Source: an uncultured Myxococcales bacterium
GTDB lineage: Bacteria > Myxococcota_A > UBA9042 > DTJE01
Assembly: GCA_903847405.1 (NCBI GenBank)
Contig: CAINDP010000007.1
Span: 48,969-112,968, forward strand
Length of the DNA stretch: 64,000 nt
Reading direction: 5' to 3'
In this document: piece by piece, positions 42,508-52,443 of the stretch
Position numbering within the stretch: position 1 is the first letter of the stretch
Layout: every line of letters begins with the position of its first letter
Made by a program: the position numbers and the translations under genes
Notes under the pieces: generated by a model
Databases searched by the model: none
What the model was told of the DNA's origin: nothing
The model's input: only the letters and a program-made list of their open reading frames with translations

Positions 42508-44858
42508 GGCGACTCCTTCCGCGACGGTTCGGCGCGCAACAGGGCCTGGGGCGGCAACGGCTCGACCGGAGCGCCCTCGCCGGGGTGCTCCATTTCATGG
42601 CGCGACTGCGCCTCGTACAGGCTGCGGTACAGCCCGTCGGCGGCGATCAACTGCTCGTGGCTGCCCGTTTCGACGATGCGTCCGCCGTCCAGCACGACGA
42701 TTCTATCCGCGTTGCGCAGGGTGCTCAGGCGGTGCGCGATGGCCAGCGTGGTGCGGCCGCGGACCAGGTTGTCCAGGGCTTCCTGGATCTGGATTTCGGT
42801 CTGCGTGTCCACCGACGACGTCGCCTCGTCCAGGATCAGCAGGCGCGGGTCGATCAGCAGCGCCCGGGCGATGCTGATGCGCTGGCGCTCGCCGCCCGAC
42901 AGGGTCTGGCCGCGCTCCCCGACGATGCTGTCATAGCCGTCGGGCAACTGCAGGATGAACTCGTGGGCCCGGGCGGCACGGGCGGCGGCGATGATCTCGT
43001 CGTGCGACGCCGCGGGCCGGCCGTAGGCGATGTTTTCGGCGATGGTCCCGTAGAACAGGAACGGGTCCTGCAGCACGATGCCGATGTTGCGGCGGTACTC
43101 CAGCGTCGGGAACGACCGGATGTCCTTGCCGTCCACCAGGATCGAGCCGTCCGTCACGTCGTAGAACCGGCAGATCAGGTTCAACAGCGTGGTCTTGCCG
43201 GCGCCGGTGGGCCCCACGACGCCGACCATCTCGCCGGGGCGGATCGTGATGCTGACGTCGTCCAGGATGCGGCGGTTGCCGAAGCGGAAGCCCACGTTCC
43301 GCAGTTCGACCTCGCCCTTCAAGCGTCCCGGGGAAACGGGGTTCGCCGGCTCGGCGACGCTGGGCGCCCGGTCCAGGACCTCGAAGATGCGCTGGGCGCT
43401 GGCGGCCGCACGCTGGGTGCTGCCCGCCATGCGGGTCATCGATTCCAGGCGGCCGTAGAACCGCGCGATGTACGCCAGGAACGCGGTCAGCACGCCGACG
43501 GTGATCACCTGGTCGAACACGCGCCAGGCGCCGAAGGCCCAGGCGACCACCAGTCCCATCTGGTTCAGCATGGCGACCATGGGCCAGAAGAACGTCCAGA
43601 CGCGGTTGACGCGGTCGTTCGCGGCCACGATGCGGTCGTTGGAGGCCTTGAACCGTTCGACCTCGCGCCGTTCCTGGGCGAAGGCCTTCACGACGCGGAC
43701 GCCGGGAATGGTGTCGGACAGGATCGAGGTCATTTCGTCCCAGGCGCGGTAGCCCCGGGCGAAGCCCTCGGACAGCCGGGTCCGGGTGGTATACGTCAGC
43801 CAGGCGACGCCCGGGAAGGTGCACAGCGTCGCCGCGGCCAGCAACGGATCCATGTAGAACAGCATGGCCGCGATGCCGACGATCATCAGGGCGTCGGCCG
43901 TGAAGTCCGTCAGGGTATCGGAAAGGAAGTAGCAGATGCGGTCCGAGTCGGTGCTGATGCGCGTCACCAGATCGCCCGTGCGCTTGGCGCTGAAGTAGTC
44001 CAGGGACAGGGAATGCACGTGGGCGTACGTCGTGTTGCGCAGGTCCGCGCTGATGCGCTCGGACAGGCGGGCCAGCACCCAGCCCTGTCCCCATCCGAGG
44101 CCCCAGGCCGCCAGGCCGGACCCGATCATTCCCAGGAGGTACCACGGCACCATCGCGAAGGGTTCGTGCGCCTTCTCCCGCAGGGATTCCAGGCGGGCCT
44201 CCCTGGCCACTTCGCCGATCGTCGGGTCGTCGCGGGCGATTTTCACCTGCTCCTGGTAGGGGGCGAAGATGTCGTCCACCAGGGGCCACGTCAGCAGCGG
44301 CGGGATCAGTCCCGCCGCGGTCGAGGTCAGGGTCAGGCACAGGCCCAGGGCCAGCCACGCCAGGTGGGGGCGCGCGAAGCGCAGCAGCCGGAACAGGGTG
44401 CCGACGCGCGGGGGTTCCTCGGGCTGGACCGTTTCCGGGACCTCCAGGTCGGCCTCCTGGCCGGCCGTCGCCGAAGGGACCTGTCGCTCCGCCCGGAGGC
44501 CGGCGAACACGTCGAGGACCGATGCGACCCCCTTCGCCCGGCCGAGGGTGTAGTGCCAGCGACCCAGGAGGCCGTCGGCTCCCAGGGCTTCCAGCGTGCC
44601 CAGGCCGCCGCGATCCGTTGCCGTCAGGCCGGTGACGGCCTCCAGGGGCCAGGCGCGGAAACCGGTGCGCGCGGCCAGGTCGTCCATCGCGATCAGGCGG
44701 CGCTCGGTGAGCGCGACGATGCCCTCGCGGAAGGCCCGGGACGGGTCCAGATCCAGACGGAAGGAGGCCAGGATCCGCTCGCCCGGATCGAGGTGCGGGG
44801 CGAGGATCGCAAGCGAGGGATGGAGGGCGTTGTTGCGACGTTCGGTGCTGTCGTTCAA
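42504..44858 (-). CDS. ABC exporter (fused 6-TM permease + ATPase, MsbA type) with an N-terminal bacterial PH-like domain
   Basis: Walker A GPTGAGKTT, signature LSGGERQR, Walker B LILDEATSSVD. TM domain with an ABC-exporter fold. N-terminal GERILASFRLDL...GIVALTERRLIA (bPH-like). The start is uncertain (TTG at 44858, or ATG at 44687). The ORF-track extension to 45191 crosses repeat copy D and was rejected. Confidence 0.75.
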   Translation of the reverse strand: MNDSTERRNNALHPSLAILAPHLDPGERILASFRLDLDPSRAFREGIVALTERRLIAMDDLAARTGFRAWPLEAVTGLTATDRGGLGTLEALGADGLLGRWHYTLGRAKGVASVLDVFAGLRAERQVPSATAGQEADLEVPETVQPEEPPRVGTLFRLLRFARPHLAWLALGLCLTLTSTAAGLIPPLLTWPLVDDIFAPYQEQVKIARDDPTIGEVAREARLESLREKAHEPFAMVPWYLLGMIGSGLAAWGLGWGQGWVLARLSERISADLRNTTYAHVHSLSLDYFSAKRTGDLVTRISTDSDRICYFLSDTLTDFTADALMIVGIAAMLFYMDPLLAAATLCTFPGVAWLTYTTRTRLSEGFARGYRAWDEMTSILSDTIPGVRVVKAFAQERREVERFKASNDRIVAANDRVNRVWTFFWPMVAMLNQMGLVVAWAFGAWRVFDQVITVGVLTAFLAYIARFYGRLESMTRMAGSTQRAAASAQRIFEVLDRAPSVAEPANPVSPGRLKGEVELRNVGFRFGNRRILDDVSITIRPGEMVGVVGPTGAGKTTLLNLICRFYDVTDGSILVDGKDIRSFPTLEYRRNIGIVLQDPFLFYGTIAENIAYGRPAASHDEIIAAARAARAHEFILQLPDGYDSIVGERGQTLSGGERQRISIARALLIDPRLLILDEATSSVDTQTEIQIQEALDNLVRGRTTLAIAHRLSTLRNADRIVVLDGGRIVETGSHEQLIAADGLYRSLYEAQSRHEMEHPGEGAPVEPLPPQALLRAEPSRKESP

Positions 44859-44935
44859 GGGGGCCCCACTGCAGCCGCGCCGCAGTTTACTTCCACCGGG
44901 GCCGTGAGTAAAATGCCGCCCGCGGCCGTCCGACG

Positions 44936-45019
44936 GAGCCGCCCGAGCACGCAGGCGCAGGCGAGCGGATTGCGCAGCAATCTCTCGCCGAAGACGAAGT
45001 CGCCTCGGGCCTTTCCACT
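44936..45019. repeat. Intergenic ~84-bp hairpin repeat element, copy D (in the divergent promoter region)
   Basis: gagccgCCCGAGcacgcaggcgcaggcgagcggattgcgcagcaatctctcgccgaagacgaagtcgcCTCGGGcctttccactg. The 5' half resembles copies A/B and the 3' half resembles copy C. Confidence 0.85.
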
Positions 45020-45111
45020 GGACGCGTACCGGGGCGTTCCGGCGTTGGCGCGATGTCCCAGGGGGCTGGGCGCGGCGCCGGGGTTCAGATCCCTTCATGT
45101 CGAAGGAAACC

Positions 45112-47760
45112 ATGGAATTCCAGCGAATTCTGGCACTGAAGGGACCCAATCTCTGGTCGCGGCGCACCTGCCTGGAAGCCTGGGTGGACATCGGTCCGCT
45201 GCAGGATTCGCCGTCGAACCTGCTGCCCGGCCTGTACGAGCGTCTGTCCGCCTGGCTGCCGGGCCTGATCGAGCACCGGTGCGGCGTCGGGGAGCGGGGC
45301 GGCTTCCTGATGCGCCTGCGCGACGGGACCTACGCCGCCCACATGCTGGAACACGTGGCCATCGAACTGCAGAACCTGGCGGGCACGCCGGTCGGGTTCG
45401 GCAAGGCCCGGGAAACCTCGCGGCCCGGCCTGTACAAGGTCGCCATCCGGTACCGCAACGAAACAGTGGCGCGGGCCTGTCTGGATGCGGGACGGGACCT
45501 GCTGCTGGCGGCCATCCACGACCATCCGTACGACGTGGCCGACACCGTCGCCCGGCTGCGGGACGTGGCCGACGGCGCCTGCCTGGGCCCCAGCACGGCG
45601 GCCATCGTCGATGCGGCCGAGGCGCGGGGCATCCCGACGCACCGCCTGACCGACGCCAGCCTGGTCCAGTTGGGCCAGGGCGCCCGGCAGCACCGGATCT
45701 GGACGGCCGAAACCGATCGCACCGGCGCGATCGGCGAGTGGATCGCCTCGGACAAGGACATGACCAAGCGCCTGCTGCAGGCGTGCGGCGTGCCGATCCC
45801 CGAGGGCCGCCTGGTGGACGGCGCGGAAGACGCCTGGGTGGCCGCGCAGTCGGTGGGGCTGCCCGTCGTCGTCAAGCCCCGGGACGCCAACCACGGGCGG
45901 GGCGTCTTCACGGACCTGTCGTCCCGCGAGGAAATCGAAAACGCCTACGCCGTCGCGGTGAACGAGGGCAGCGGGGTGATCGTCGAGCGCTTCGTCCGCG
46001 GCAACGAGCACCGCCTGCTGGTCGTCGGCCACAGCATGGTGGCGGCCGCCCGGGGCGAAACCGCGTGGGTCGTCGGGGACGGGCGCTCCACGGTGCGGGA
46101 CCTGGTGACCTCGCAGATCGATTCGGATCCGCGACGCGGGTTGGGCGAGGACTTCCCCCTGAACTTCATCGAACTGGACGACCCGGTGGTGATGCTGGAC
46201 ATGCGGCGCCAGGGGTATTCGGCCGATTCGGTGCCTGCCGACGGCGCCCGGGTGATGGTCCAGCGCAACGGGAACGTGGCGTTCGACGTCACGGACATCG
46301 TGCATCCCCGCGTCGCCGCCAGCGTGGTCCTGGCGGCCCGGGTGGTCGGCCTGGACGTGGCCGGCATCGACATCGTCGCCGAGGACATCACGCGTCCGCT
46401 GGAAGAGCAGGGCGGTGCCGTGGTCGAGGTCAACGCGGGCCCCGGCCTGTCGATGCACCTCAAGCCCGCCGCCGGGACCCCCCGGCCGGTCGGGGAAGCG
46501 ATCGTGGACAGCCTGTTCGCCCCCGGCGAATCGGGCCGGATCCCCCTGGTCTGCGTGACCGGCACCAGCGGCAAGACCGTGGTGACGCGCCTGGTCGCCC
46601 ACCTGCTGCGGGCTGACGGGCGCCACGTGGGCCTGGCGTGCAGCGACGGCCTGTACCTGGATTCCCGGGTGATCGAAACGTGCGATCGCGCGGACGCCCC
46701 GGGCGCACGCAAGGCGCTGATGAACCCCTCCGTCGACGCGGCGGTGCTGGAGGCGGGCGGCCCCAGCATCCTGCGCGAGGGCCTGGGCTTCGACCGGTGC
46801 GACGTGGCGGTAGTGACCAACATCGGGCAGGGCGATCACCTGGGGCTGCACGACATCCAGTCGCCCGACGCCCTGTACTCGGTGAAGCGTTGCGCGGTGG
46901 ACGTGGTGCTGCCGACGGGGACCGCCGTGCTGAATGCCGCCGACCCCCTGGTGGCGGAAATGGCGTCCCTGTCCGCCGGCGCGGTGATCTTCTTCGCGCT
47001 GGACGCGGGCCACCCGATCCTGGGGGCCCATCGGGCTGCGGGCGGGCGTGCCGTGACGGTCCGCGACGGTCGCGTGGTCCTGGCCGAGGGGGACGTGGAA
47101 ACGCCCATCGCGGACGTTTCCGCCTTGCCGTTGGCCCACGGGGGGCGCGTTCCGTTCCAGGTCGAAAACGTGCTGGCGGCGGCGGCGGCGGGCTGGGCGC
47201 TGGGCCTGTCTCCCGCGGCGCTGGGCGCGGGTGTCCTGTCGTTCGACCGCGATGGCCGCGAACTCCCCGGCCGCTTCACCTGCATGGAACATGACGGGGC
47301 GACCGTCGTGATCGACGCGGTCCGCAACCCGGTGTCCGGCGGGGCCCTGGCGACGGCCCTGGATCACTTCCCCGCCAGGCGCAGGACCCTCGTCTGTGTC
47401 CCGGGGATCCTGCGGCGCGACGCCGATCTGGAGGACCTGGGCCGGATCCTGGGCGCCGCCTTCGATCGCATCGTCTTCTGCGGTTCGGAACCGGCGTCGC
47501 AGGAGGAGGACGCCGCTGCGGCAACAAGAATTGTCGATGCCTTGCAACCTTCCACCGGGTCGCTCCGTACACCCCTTCGACGCGGGGCCTTATCGGGCGG
47601 ACGGGCGGTTGAAATCGTGCAGGTTCCGGGGCATCACGAGGCCGTCGAGGCCGCCCTGGACACGCTGGAGGTCGGCGATCTGCTGGTCCTCCAGGCCGAC
47701 GAATATCATCCCGGGTCCACCGTCGATCAGGTCCGCGAATGGATGGTACGGCACGCCTAG
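45112..47760 (+). CDS. cphA: Cyanophycin synthetase
   Basis: ATG at 45112 with RBS GAAGGAAA. N-domain (LKGPNLWSRRT, TRETSRPGLYKV). ATP-grasp (LGPSTAAIV, VVVKPRDANHGRGV, IVERFVRGNEHRLLVV, VEVNAGPGLSMH). Mur-ligase domain (VTGTSGKTVVTRL, GDHLGL). Confidence 0.9.
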   Translation: MEFQRILALKGPNLWSRRTCLEAWVDIGPLQDSPSNLLPGLYERLSAWLPGLIEHRCGVGERGGFLMRLRDGTYAAHMLEHVAIELQNLAGTPVGFGKARETSRPGLYKVAIRYRNETVARACLDAGRDLLLAAIHDHPYDVADTVARLRDVADGACLGPSTAAIVDAAEARGIPTHRLTDASLVQLGQGARQHRIWTAETDRTGAIGEWIASDKDMTKRLLQACGVPIPEGRLVDGAEDAWVAAQSVGLPVVVKPRDANHGRGVFTDLSSREEIENAYAVAVNEGSGVIVERFVRGNEHRLLVVGHSMVAAARGETAWVVGDGRSTVRDLVTSQIDSDPRRGLGEDFPLNFIELDDPVVMLDMRRQGYSADSVPADGARVMVQRNGNVAFDVTDIVHPRVAASVVLAARVVGLDVAGIDIVAEDITRPLEEQGGAVVEVNAGPGLSMHLKPAAGTPRPVGEAIVDSLFAPGESGRIPLVCVTGTSGKTVVTRLVAHLLRADGRHVGLACSDGLYLDSRVIETCDRADAPGARKALMNPSVDAAVLEAGGPSILREGLGFDRCDVAVVTNIGQGDHLGLHDIQSPDALYSVKRCAVDVVLPTGTAVLNAADPLVAEMASLSAGAVIFFALDAGHPILGAHRAAGGRAVTVRDGRVVLAEGDVETPIADVSALPLAHGGRVPFQVENVLAAAAAGWALGLSPAALGAGVLSFDRDGRELPGRFTCMEHDGATVVIDAVRNPVSGGALATALDHFPARRRTLVCVPGILRRDADLEDLGRILGAAFDRIVFCGSEPASQEEDAAAATRIVDALQPSTGSLRTPLRRGALSGGRAVEIVQVPGHHEAVEAALDTLEVGDLLVLQADEYHPGSTVDQVREWMVRHA

Positions 47761-47811
47761 GCGTGTCGCGTGTGTTCGACGCCGATCGTGGCTGGACAGG
47801 GAAAGCCCCCG

Positions 47812-50433
47812 ATGGAAGTCACCCGCATCCGAGCCCTCCGCGGCCCGAACCTGTGGTCGCGCCGGACGGTCCTGGAAGCCATCGTTTCACTGACGGACGA
47901 ACAGCGCCAGATCCTGGCGCGGCCGGGGTTCGAGGAGCGCCTGCGCGAGCGGATGCCCAGCCTGGGCCGTCTGCCTCCCACGGGCGAACCCGGCGCGTTC
48001 AGCCTGGCCCACGTCCTGGAAAGGGTCGCCCTGGGGCTGCAGGCCCAGGCCGGGTGCCCCGTCTTCTTCAGTCGGACCGCGATGACGGTCGAGGAAGGCG
48101 TCTACCAGGTCGTGGTCGAATACGCGGTCGAGGAGGTCGGGCGGCTGGCGCTGGACCAGGCGCAGACCCTCTGCGACGCCGCGCTGGACGGACAGCCCTA
48201 CGACGTCGTCGACGCCCTGCTGCGACTGCGGGCCCTGGACGAGGAGATCCGCCTGGGGCCGTCGACGGGATCGATCGTCCGTGCGGCCCTGTCCCGCGGG
48301 ATTCCCATCCGCCGCCTGAACGAAGGCAGCCTGGTGCAGTTCGGCTGGGGCGTGAAGCAGCACCGGATCCTGGCGGCCGAAACGGACCACACCAGCGCCA
48401 TCGCCGAATCGATCGCCCAGGACAAGGAACTGACCAAGATGCTGCTGGAGGCGGCCGGCGTGCCGGTGCCCCGGGGGCGTCCCGTGACCGATGCCGAGGA
48501 CGCCTGGGAGGCCGCGCAGGAAGTCGGCCTGCCCGTGGTCGTCAAGCCGCGCAACGGCAGCCAGGGACGCGGCGTCGCCGTGAACCTGACCACCCGCGAG
48601 GCGGTCGCCGCCGCATACGTCGCGGCCGAGCAGGTCACCAGCGAGGTCCTCGTCGAGCGGTTCATGCCGGGCCGGGACTTCCGCCTGCTGGTGATCGGCG
48701 GACGCCTGGTCGCAGCGGCCCGTCGCGAGCCCCCTGAGGTTGTCGGGGACGGCGAGCGGACCATCCGCCAGTTGGTGGACGAAGTGAACGCCGATCCGCG
48801 GCGCAGCGACGGCCATGCGACGTCGTTGACCCGGATCCCGCTGGACGCGATCGGCCTGGCCGTCCTGGCCGAACAGAACTGCACTCCGGAAACGGTTCCC
48901 GCCCACGGCGTGCGCGTCCTGCTGCGCGGCAACGCGAACCTCAGCACCGGCGGGACGGCGACGGACGTCACCGACCAGGTCCATCCGGACGTGGCGGCCG
49001 GGGCCGTGGATGCGGCCAAGGTCATCGGCCTGGACATCTGTGGCGTGGACGTCATCTGCCAGGACATCTCCCGTCCCCTGCAGGAGCAGTCCGGCGGCGT
49101 CGTGGAAGTCAACGCGGCTCCGGGGTTCCGCATGCACCTGGATCCTTCCTACGGGAAGGGCCGGCCGGTGGGCGAGGCGGTCGTGTCCACGATGTTTGCC
49201 GAGGGCGACGACGGCCGCATCCCGCTGGTGGCCGTATCCGGCACCAACGGCAAGACGACCACGGTCCGCCTGGTTTCGCACCTGCTGAAGGCCCGGGGCC
49301 AGTGCGTGGGCATGACCTGTTCCGACGGGATCTACGTGGACGCACGGCGCATCGACGACGGGGACTGCAGCGGTCCCAAGAGCGCCCGGGCGATCCTGCT
49401 GCACCCGGACGTCGAGGCGGCCGTGTTCGAAACCGCACGGGGCGGGATCCTGCGCGAGGGCCTCGCCTTCGACAAGTGCGACGTGGCCGTGGTCACGAAC
49501 GTCGGGACCGGCGATCACCTCGGGCTGTCGTTCATCACGACGGTCGATGATCTGGCGGTCATCAAGCGCGTGATCGTCGAAAACGTGGCGCCCACGGGCG
49601 TCGCGGTTCTGAACGCGGCCGATCCCCTGGTGGCGCCCATGGCCGAGGCGTGCCCGGGGACGGTGACGTTCTTCGCCCCGAACGCGGACAACGCGGTCCT
49701 CGCCGCGCATCGCAGTGCCGGTGGACGCGTGGTGTTCGTGGACGGTTCCGACATCGTCGCCGTCGAGGGCGCGACCGAGGAGCGCATCGCCCTGGCGTCC
49801 ATCCCGATCACCCGCGACGGGTGCGTGCGCTTCCAGGTCGAAAACGCGATGGCCTCCATCGGGGCCGCCTGGGCGTTGAAGGTCGACTGGGCCACCATCC
49901 GCACCGGGCTGGGGACCTTCGTCAACGACATCCAGACCGCGCCCGGGCGCTTCAACATCCTGGACTACAGGGCCGCGATGGTGATCGCGGACTACGGCCA
50001 CAATCCGGACGCCATCCTTGCCCTGGTGGACGCGGTCGAGCGCATGCCGTCCCGGCGCCGCATCGCGGTGATCAGCGCCGCCGGCGATCGCCGGGACGTG
50101 GACATCCGGCGCCAGACCGAAATCCTGGGCGAGGCCTTCGACGAAATCATCCTGTACCAGGACGCCTGCCAGCGCGGCCGCGAGGACGGCGAGGTCGTGG
50201 CGCTGCTGCGCGAAGGCCTCAGCCATGCGCATCGCGTGTCGGAGGTGTCCGAGATCCGGGGCGAGTTCCTGGCCATCGAAACGGCCCTGGGCCGCCTGGC
50301 TCCGGGCGACCTGGCCTTGATCCTGATCGATCAGATCGAGGAGTCCCTGGCGCTGCTGGAACGTGCGATCCAGGGTGCGCCGCTGCGCGCCGAAGAGGGC
50401 GCGGCCGGGAACCTGGAAGCCGCGTGCGGATGA
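47812..50433 (+). CDS. cphA: Second cyanophycin synthetase paralog (cphA'-type)
   Basis: ATG at 47812 (MEVTRIRALRGPNLWSRRT). VVVKPRNGSQGRGV, DPRRSDGH, VEVNAAPGFRMH, VSGTNGKTTTVRL, GDHLGL. It starts 52 bp after the first cphA. Confidence 0.9.
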   Translation: MEVTRIRALRGPNLWSRRTVLEAIVSLTDEQRQILARPGFEERLRERMPSLGRLPPTGEPGAFSLAHVLERVALGLQAQAGCPVFFSRTAMTVEEGVYQVVVEYAVEEVGRLALDQAQTLCDAALDGQPYDVVDALLRLRALDEEIRLGPSTGSIVRAALSRGIPIRRLNEGSLVQFGWGVKQHRILAAETDHTSAIAESIAQDKELTKMLLEAAGVPVPRGRPVTDAEDAWEAAQEVGLPVVVKPRNGSQGRGVAVNLTTREAVAAAYVAAEQVTSEVLVERFMPGRDFRLLVIGGRLVAAARREPPEVVGDGERTIRQLVDEVNADPRRSDGHATSLTRIPLDAIGLAVLAEQNCTPETVPAHGVRVLLRGNANLSTGGTATDVTDQVHPDVAAGAVDAAKVIGLDICGVDVICQDISRPLQEQSGGVVEVNAAPGFRMHLDPSYGKGRPVGEAVVSTMFAEGDDGRIPLVAVSGTNGKTTTVRLVSHLLKARGQCVGMTCSDGIYVDARRIDDGDCSGPKSARAILLHPDVEAAVFETARGGILREGLAFDKCDVAVVTNVGTGDHLGLSFITTVDDLAVIKRVIVENVAPTGVAVLNAADPLVAPMAEACPGTVTFFAPNADNAVLAAHRSAGGRVVFVDGSDIVAVEGATEERIALASIPITRDGCVRFQVENAMASIGAAWALKVDWATIRTGLGTFVNDIQTAPGRFNILDYRAAMVIADYGHNPDAILALVDAVERMPSRRRIAVISAAGDRRDVDIRRQTEILGEAFDEIILYQDACQRGREDGEVVALLREGLSHAHRVSEVSEIRGEFLAIETALGRLAPGDLALILIDQIEESLALLERAIQGAPLRAEEGAAGNLEAACG

Positions 50434-50538
50434 CGCGTTCCGTTCCGCCCGCATGATTCCCCGCATCTCACGTTGACGCCGCACCCCGCAAGCGTTTCAA
50501 TGCCCCGGTACGAATTGGATGTGTTGCCGGGAGGCCCC

Positions 50539-52443
50539 ATGAAGTTCCTGAAGACGGTTCTGTGGATCGCGATCGCCCTGGTGGGGGCCTTTTCGTACGC
50601 GGTGATCACCCGGCTGGTGAACCCGGACGAGCCGATCAACGCCCTGTGGCTGGTCGTCGCCGCCGCCTGTACCTACGTGCTGGCGTACCGGTTCTACGGC
50701 GCCTTCCTGGCCTCGAAGGTCTTTGCGCTGGACGATCGCAGCCCGACCCCGGGCGTGCGGTTCGCCGACGGCCGCGACTTTCACCCGACGAACAAGTGGG
50801 TGCTGTTCGGGCACCACTTCGCCGCCATCGCGGGCGCGGGTCCGCTGATCGGCCCGGTGCTGGCCGCCCAGTTCGGCTACCTGCCGGGCGCCCTGTGGCT
50901 GCTGCTGGGGGCGGTGTTCGCCGGCGCGGTCCACGACTTCGTCATCCTGGTCGCGTCGATCCGCCATGACGGGTGCTCGCTGGCGGAAATCGCCCGCCGG
51001 GAGGTCGGCCCGGTCGCGGGCGTGGCCGCGTCGCTGGCGACCCTGTTCATCGTGGTGGTCGCGCTGGCGGGCCTGGGACTGGCCGTCGTGAACGCGCTGG
51101 CGCACAGCCCCTGGGGTACCTTCACGATCGCCAGCACCATCCCGATCGCGCTGTTCATGGGCCTGTACATGTACAAGATCCGGCCCGGCAAGGTGGTCGA
51201 AACGACCGTGATCGGCGTCACGCTGTTGATCCTGGCCGTGGTGTTCGGGCACGACGTCGCGAATTCCGAGGCGGCCGGGTGGTTCACGCTGCAGCGGAAC
51301 ACGCTGGTCTTCGCGATGGCGGCCTACGGGTTCATCGCGTCGGTGCTGCCGGTGTGGATGCTGCTGTGCCCGCGGGATTACCTCAGCACGTACATGAAAC
51401 TGGGGACGATCTTCCTGCTGGCCGCCGGCATCCTGTTCCTGGCGCCCGACCTGAAGATGCCTGCGACGACGCAGTTCATGGACGGCTCGGGGCCGGTGAT
51501 CCCCGGCTCGGTGTTCCCGTTCATGTTCATCACGATCGCGTGCGGCGCGGTGTCCGGTTTCCACGCGCTGGTCGCGTCGGGCACGACGCCGAAGATGATC
51601 AAGCGGGAGTCCGACGCGCTGGCGATCGGATACGGGGCGATGCTGGTCGAGGGCTTCGTGTCGATGATGGCGCTGATCGCCGCCAGTTGCCTGATCCCCG
51701 GCGACTACTTCGCGATCAACTCGATGCTCAGCGTGGACGCGCTGACGCAGTTGGGCTTTGCGCCCGAGCGGATCCACGAACTGTCGCAGATGGTCGGGAC
51801 CGACGTGATGAACCGGCCGGGCGGCGCGGTGTCGCTGGCGGTGGGCATGGCGTCGATTTTTTCGTCCCTGCCCGGGATGAAGGGCCTGATGGCCTACTGG
51901 TACAACTTCGCGCTGATGTTCGAGGCGCTGTTCATCCTGACCACGGTGGACACGGGGACCCGCGTGGCGCGCTTCCTGGTGCAGGAGATGGGCGGGTACT
52001 TCTACAAGCCCCTGGGGCGGCACGCGTGGATTCCGGGGACGCTGCTTTCCAGCACGCTGGTCGTGGGGGCCTGGAGCTACATGATCTACACGGGCAGCAT
52101 CGCGACGATCTGGCCGATGTTCGGGGTGGCGAACCAGTTGCTGGCGGCCATCGCGCTGTCGGTGGGGACCTCGGTCATGTTCCGGATGGGGAAGGCGAAG
52201 TACACGCCGATCACGATCGTCCCGATGGCCTTCATGGTCGTCACGACGCTGACGGCTTCGGTGGAACTGGTCCAGCGGTATTGGGCCGAGGCCGCAGCGA
52301 AACCGGAGTTGGCGTTCACGTTGCGGCTGGACGCGGTGCTGGTGGGGATCGTCGCGTGCCTGGTCGTGGTCATCCTGGTCGATTCGATCCGCCGGTGGCG
52401 GGGGTACATGGCGGCCGGGCCCAAGAGGCCGGTCGTGGCGTAA
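50539..52443 (+). CDS. cstA: Carbon starvation protein A (CstA family peptide/pyruvate transporter)
   Basis: ATG at 50539 with RBS GGGAGG. 634 aa, ~16 TM. CstA blocks (WVLFGHHFAAIAGAGPLIGPVLAAQFGYLPG, GNVLWALDSLTTG-like FMFITIACGAVSGFHALVASGTTPKM). Confidence 0.9.
   Translation: MKFLKTVLWIAIALVGAFSYAVITRLVNPDEPINALWLVVAAACTYVLAYRFYGAFLASKVFALDDRSPTPGVRFADGRDFHPTNKWVLFGHHFAAIAGAGPLIGPVLAAQFGYLPGALWLLLGAVFAGAVHDFVILVASIRHDGCSLAEIARREVGPVAGVAASLATLFIVVVALAGLGLAVVNALAHSPWGTFTIASTIPIALFMGLYMYKIRPGKVVETTVIGVTLLILAVVFGHDVANSEAAGWFTLQRNTLVFAMAAYGFIASVLPVWMLLCPRDYLSTYMKLGTIFLLAAGILFLAPDLKMPATTQFMDGSGPVIPGSVFPFMFITIACGAVSGFHALVASGTTPKMIKRESDALAIGYGAMLVEGFVSMMALIAASCLIPGDYFAINSMLSVDALTQLGFAPERIHELSQMVGTDVMNRPGGAVSLAVGMASIFSSLPGMKGLMAYWYNFALMFEALFILTTVDTGTRVARFLVQEMGGYFYKPLGRHAWIPGTLLSSTLVVGAWSYMIYTGSIATIWPMFGVANQLLAAIALSVGTSVMFRMGKAKYTPITIVPMAFMVVTTLTASVELVQRYWAEAAAKPELAFTLRLDAVLVGIVACLVVVILVDSIRRWRGYMAAGPKRPVVA

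Noticed and set aside
42585-46616. 1343-aa plus-strand ORF crossing the ABC exporter, a repeat and cphA
   Set aside because: It is antisense to the ABC exporter, out of frame with cphA, and runs through repeat copy D. It has a GC-artifact composition.
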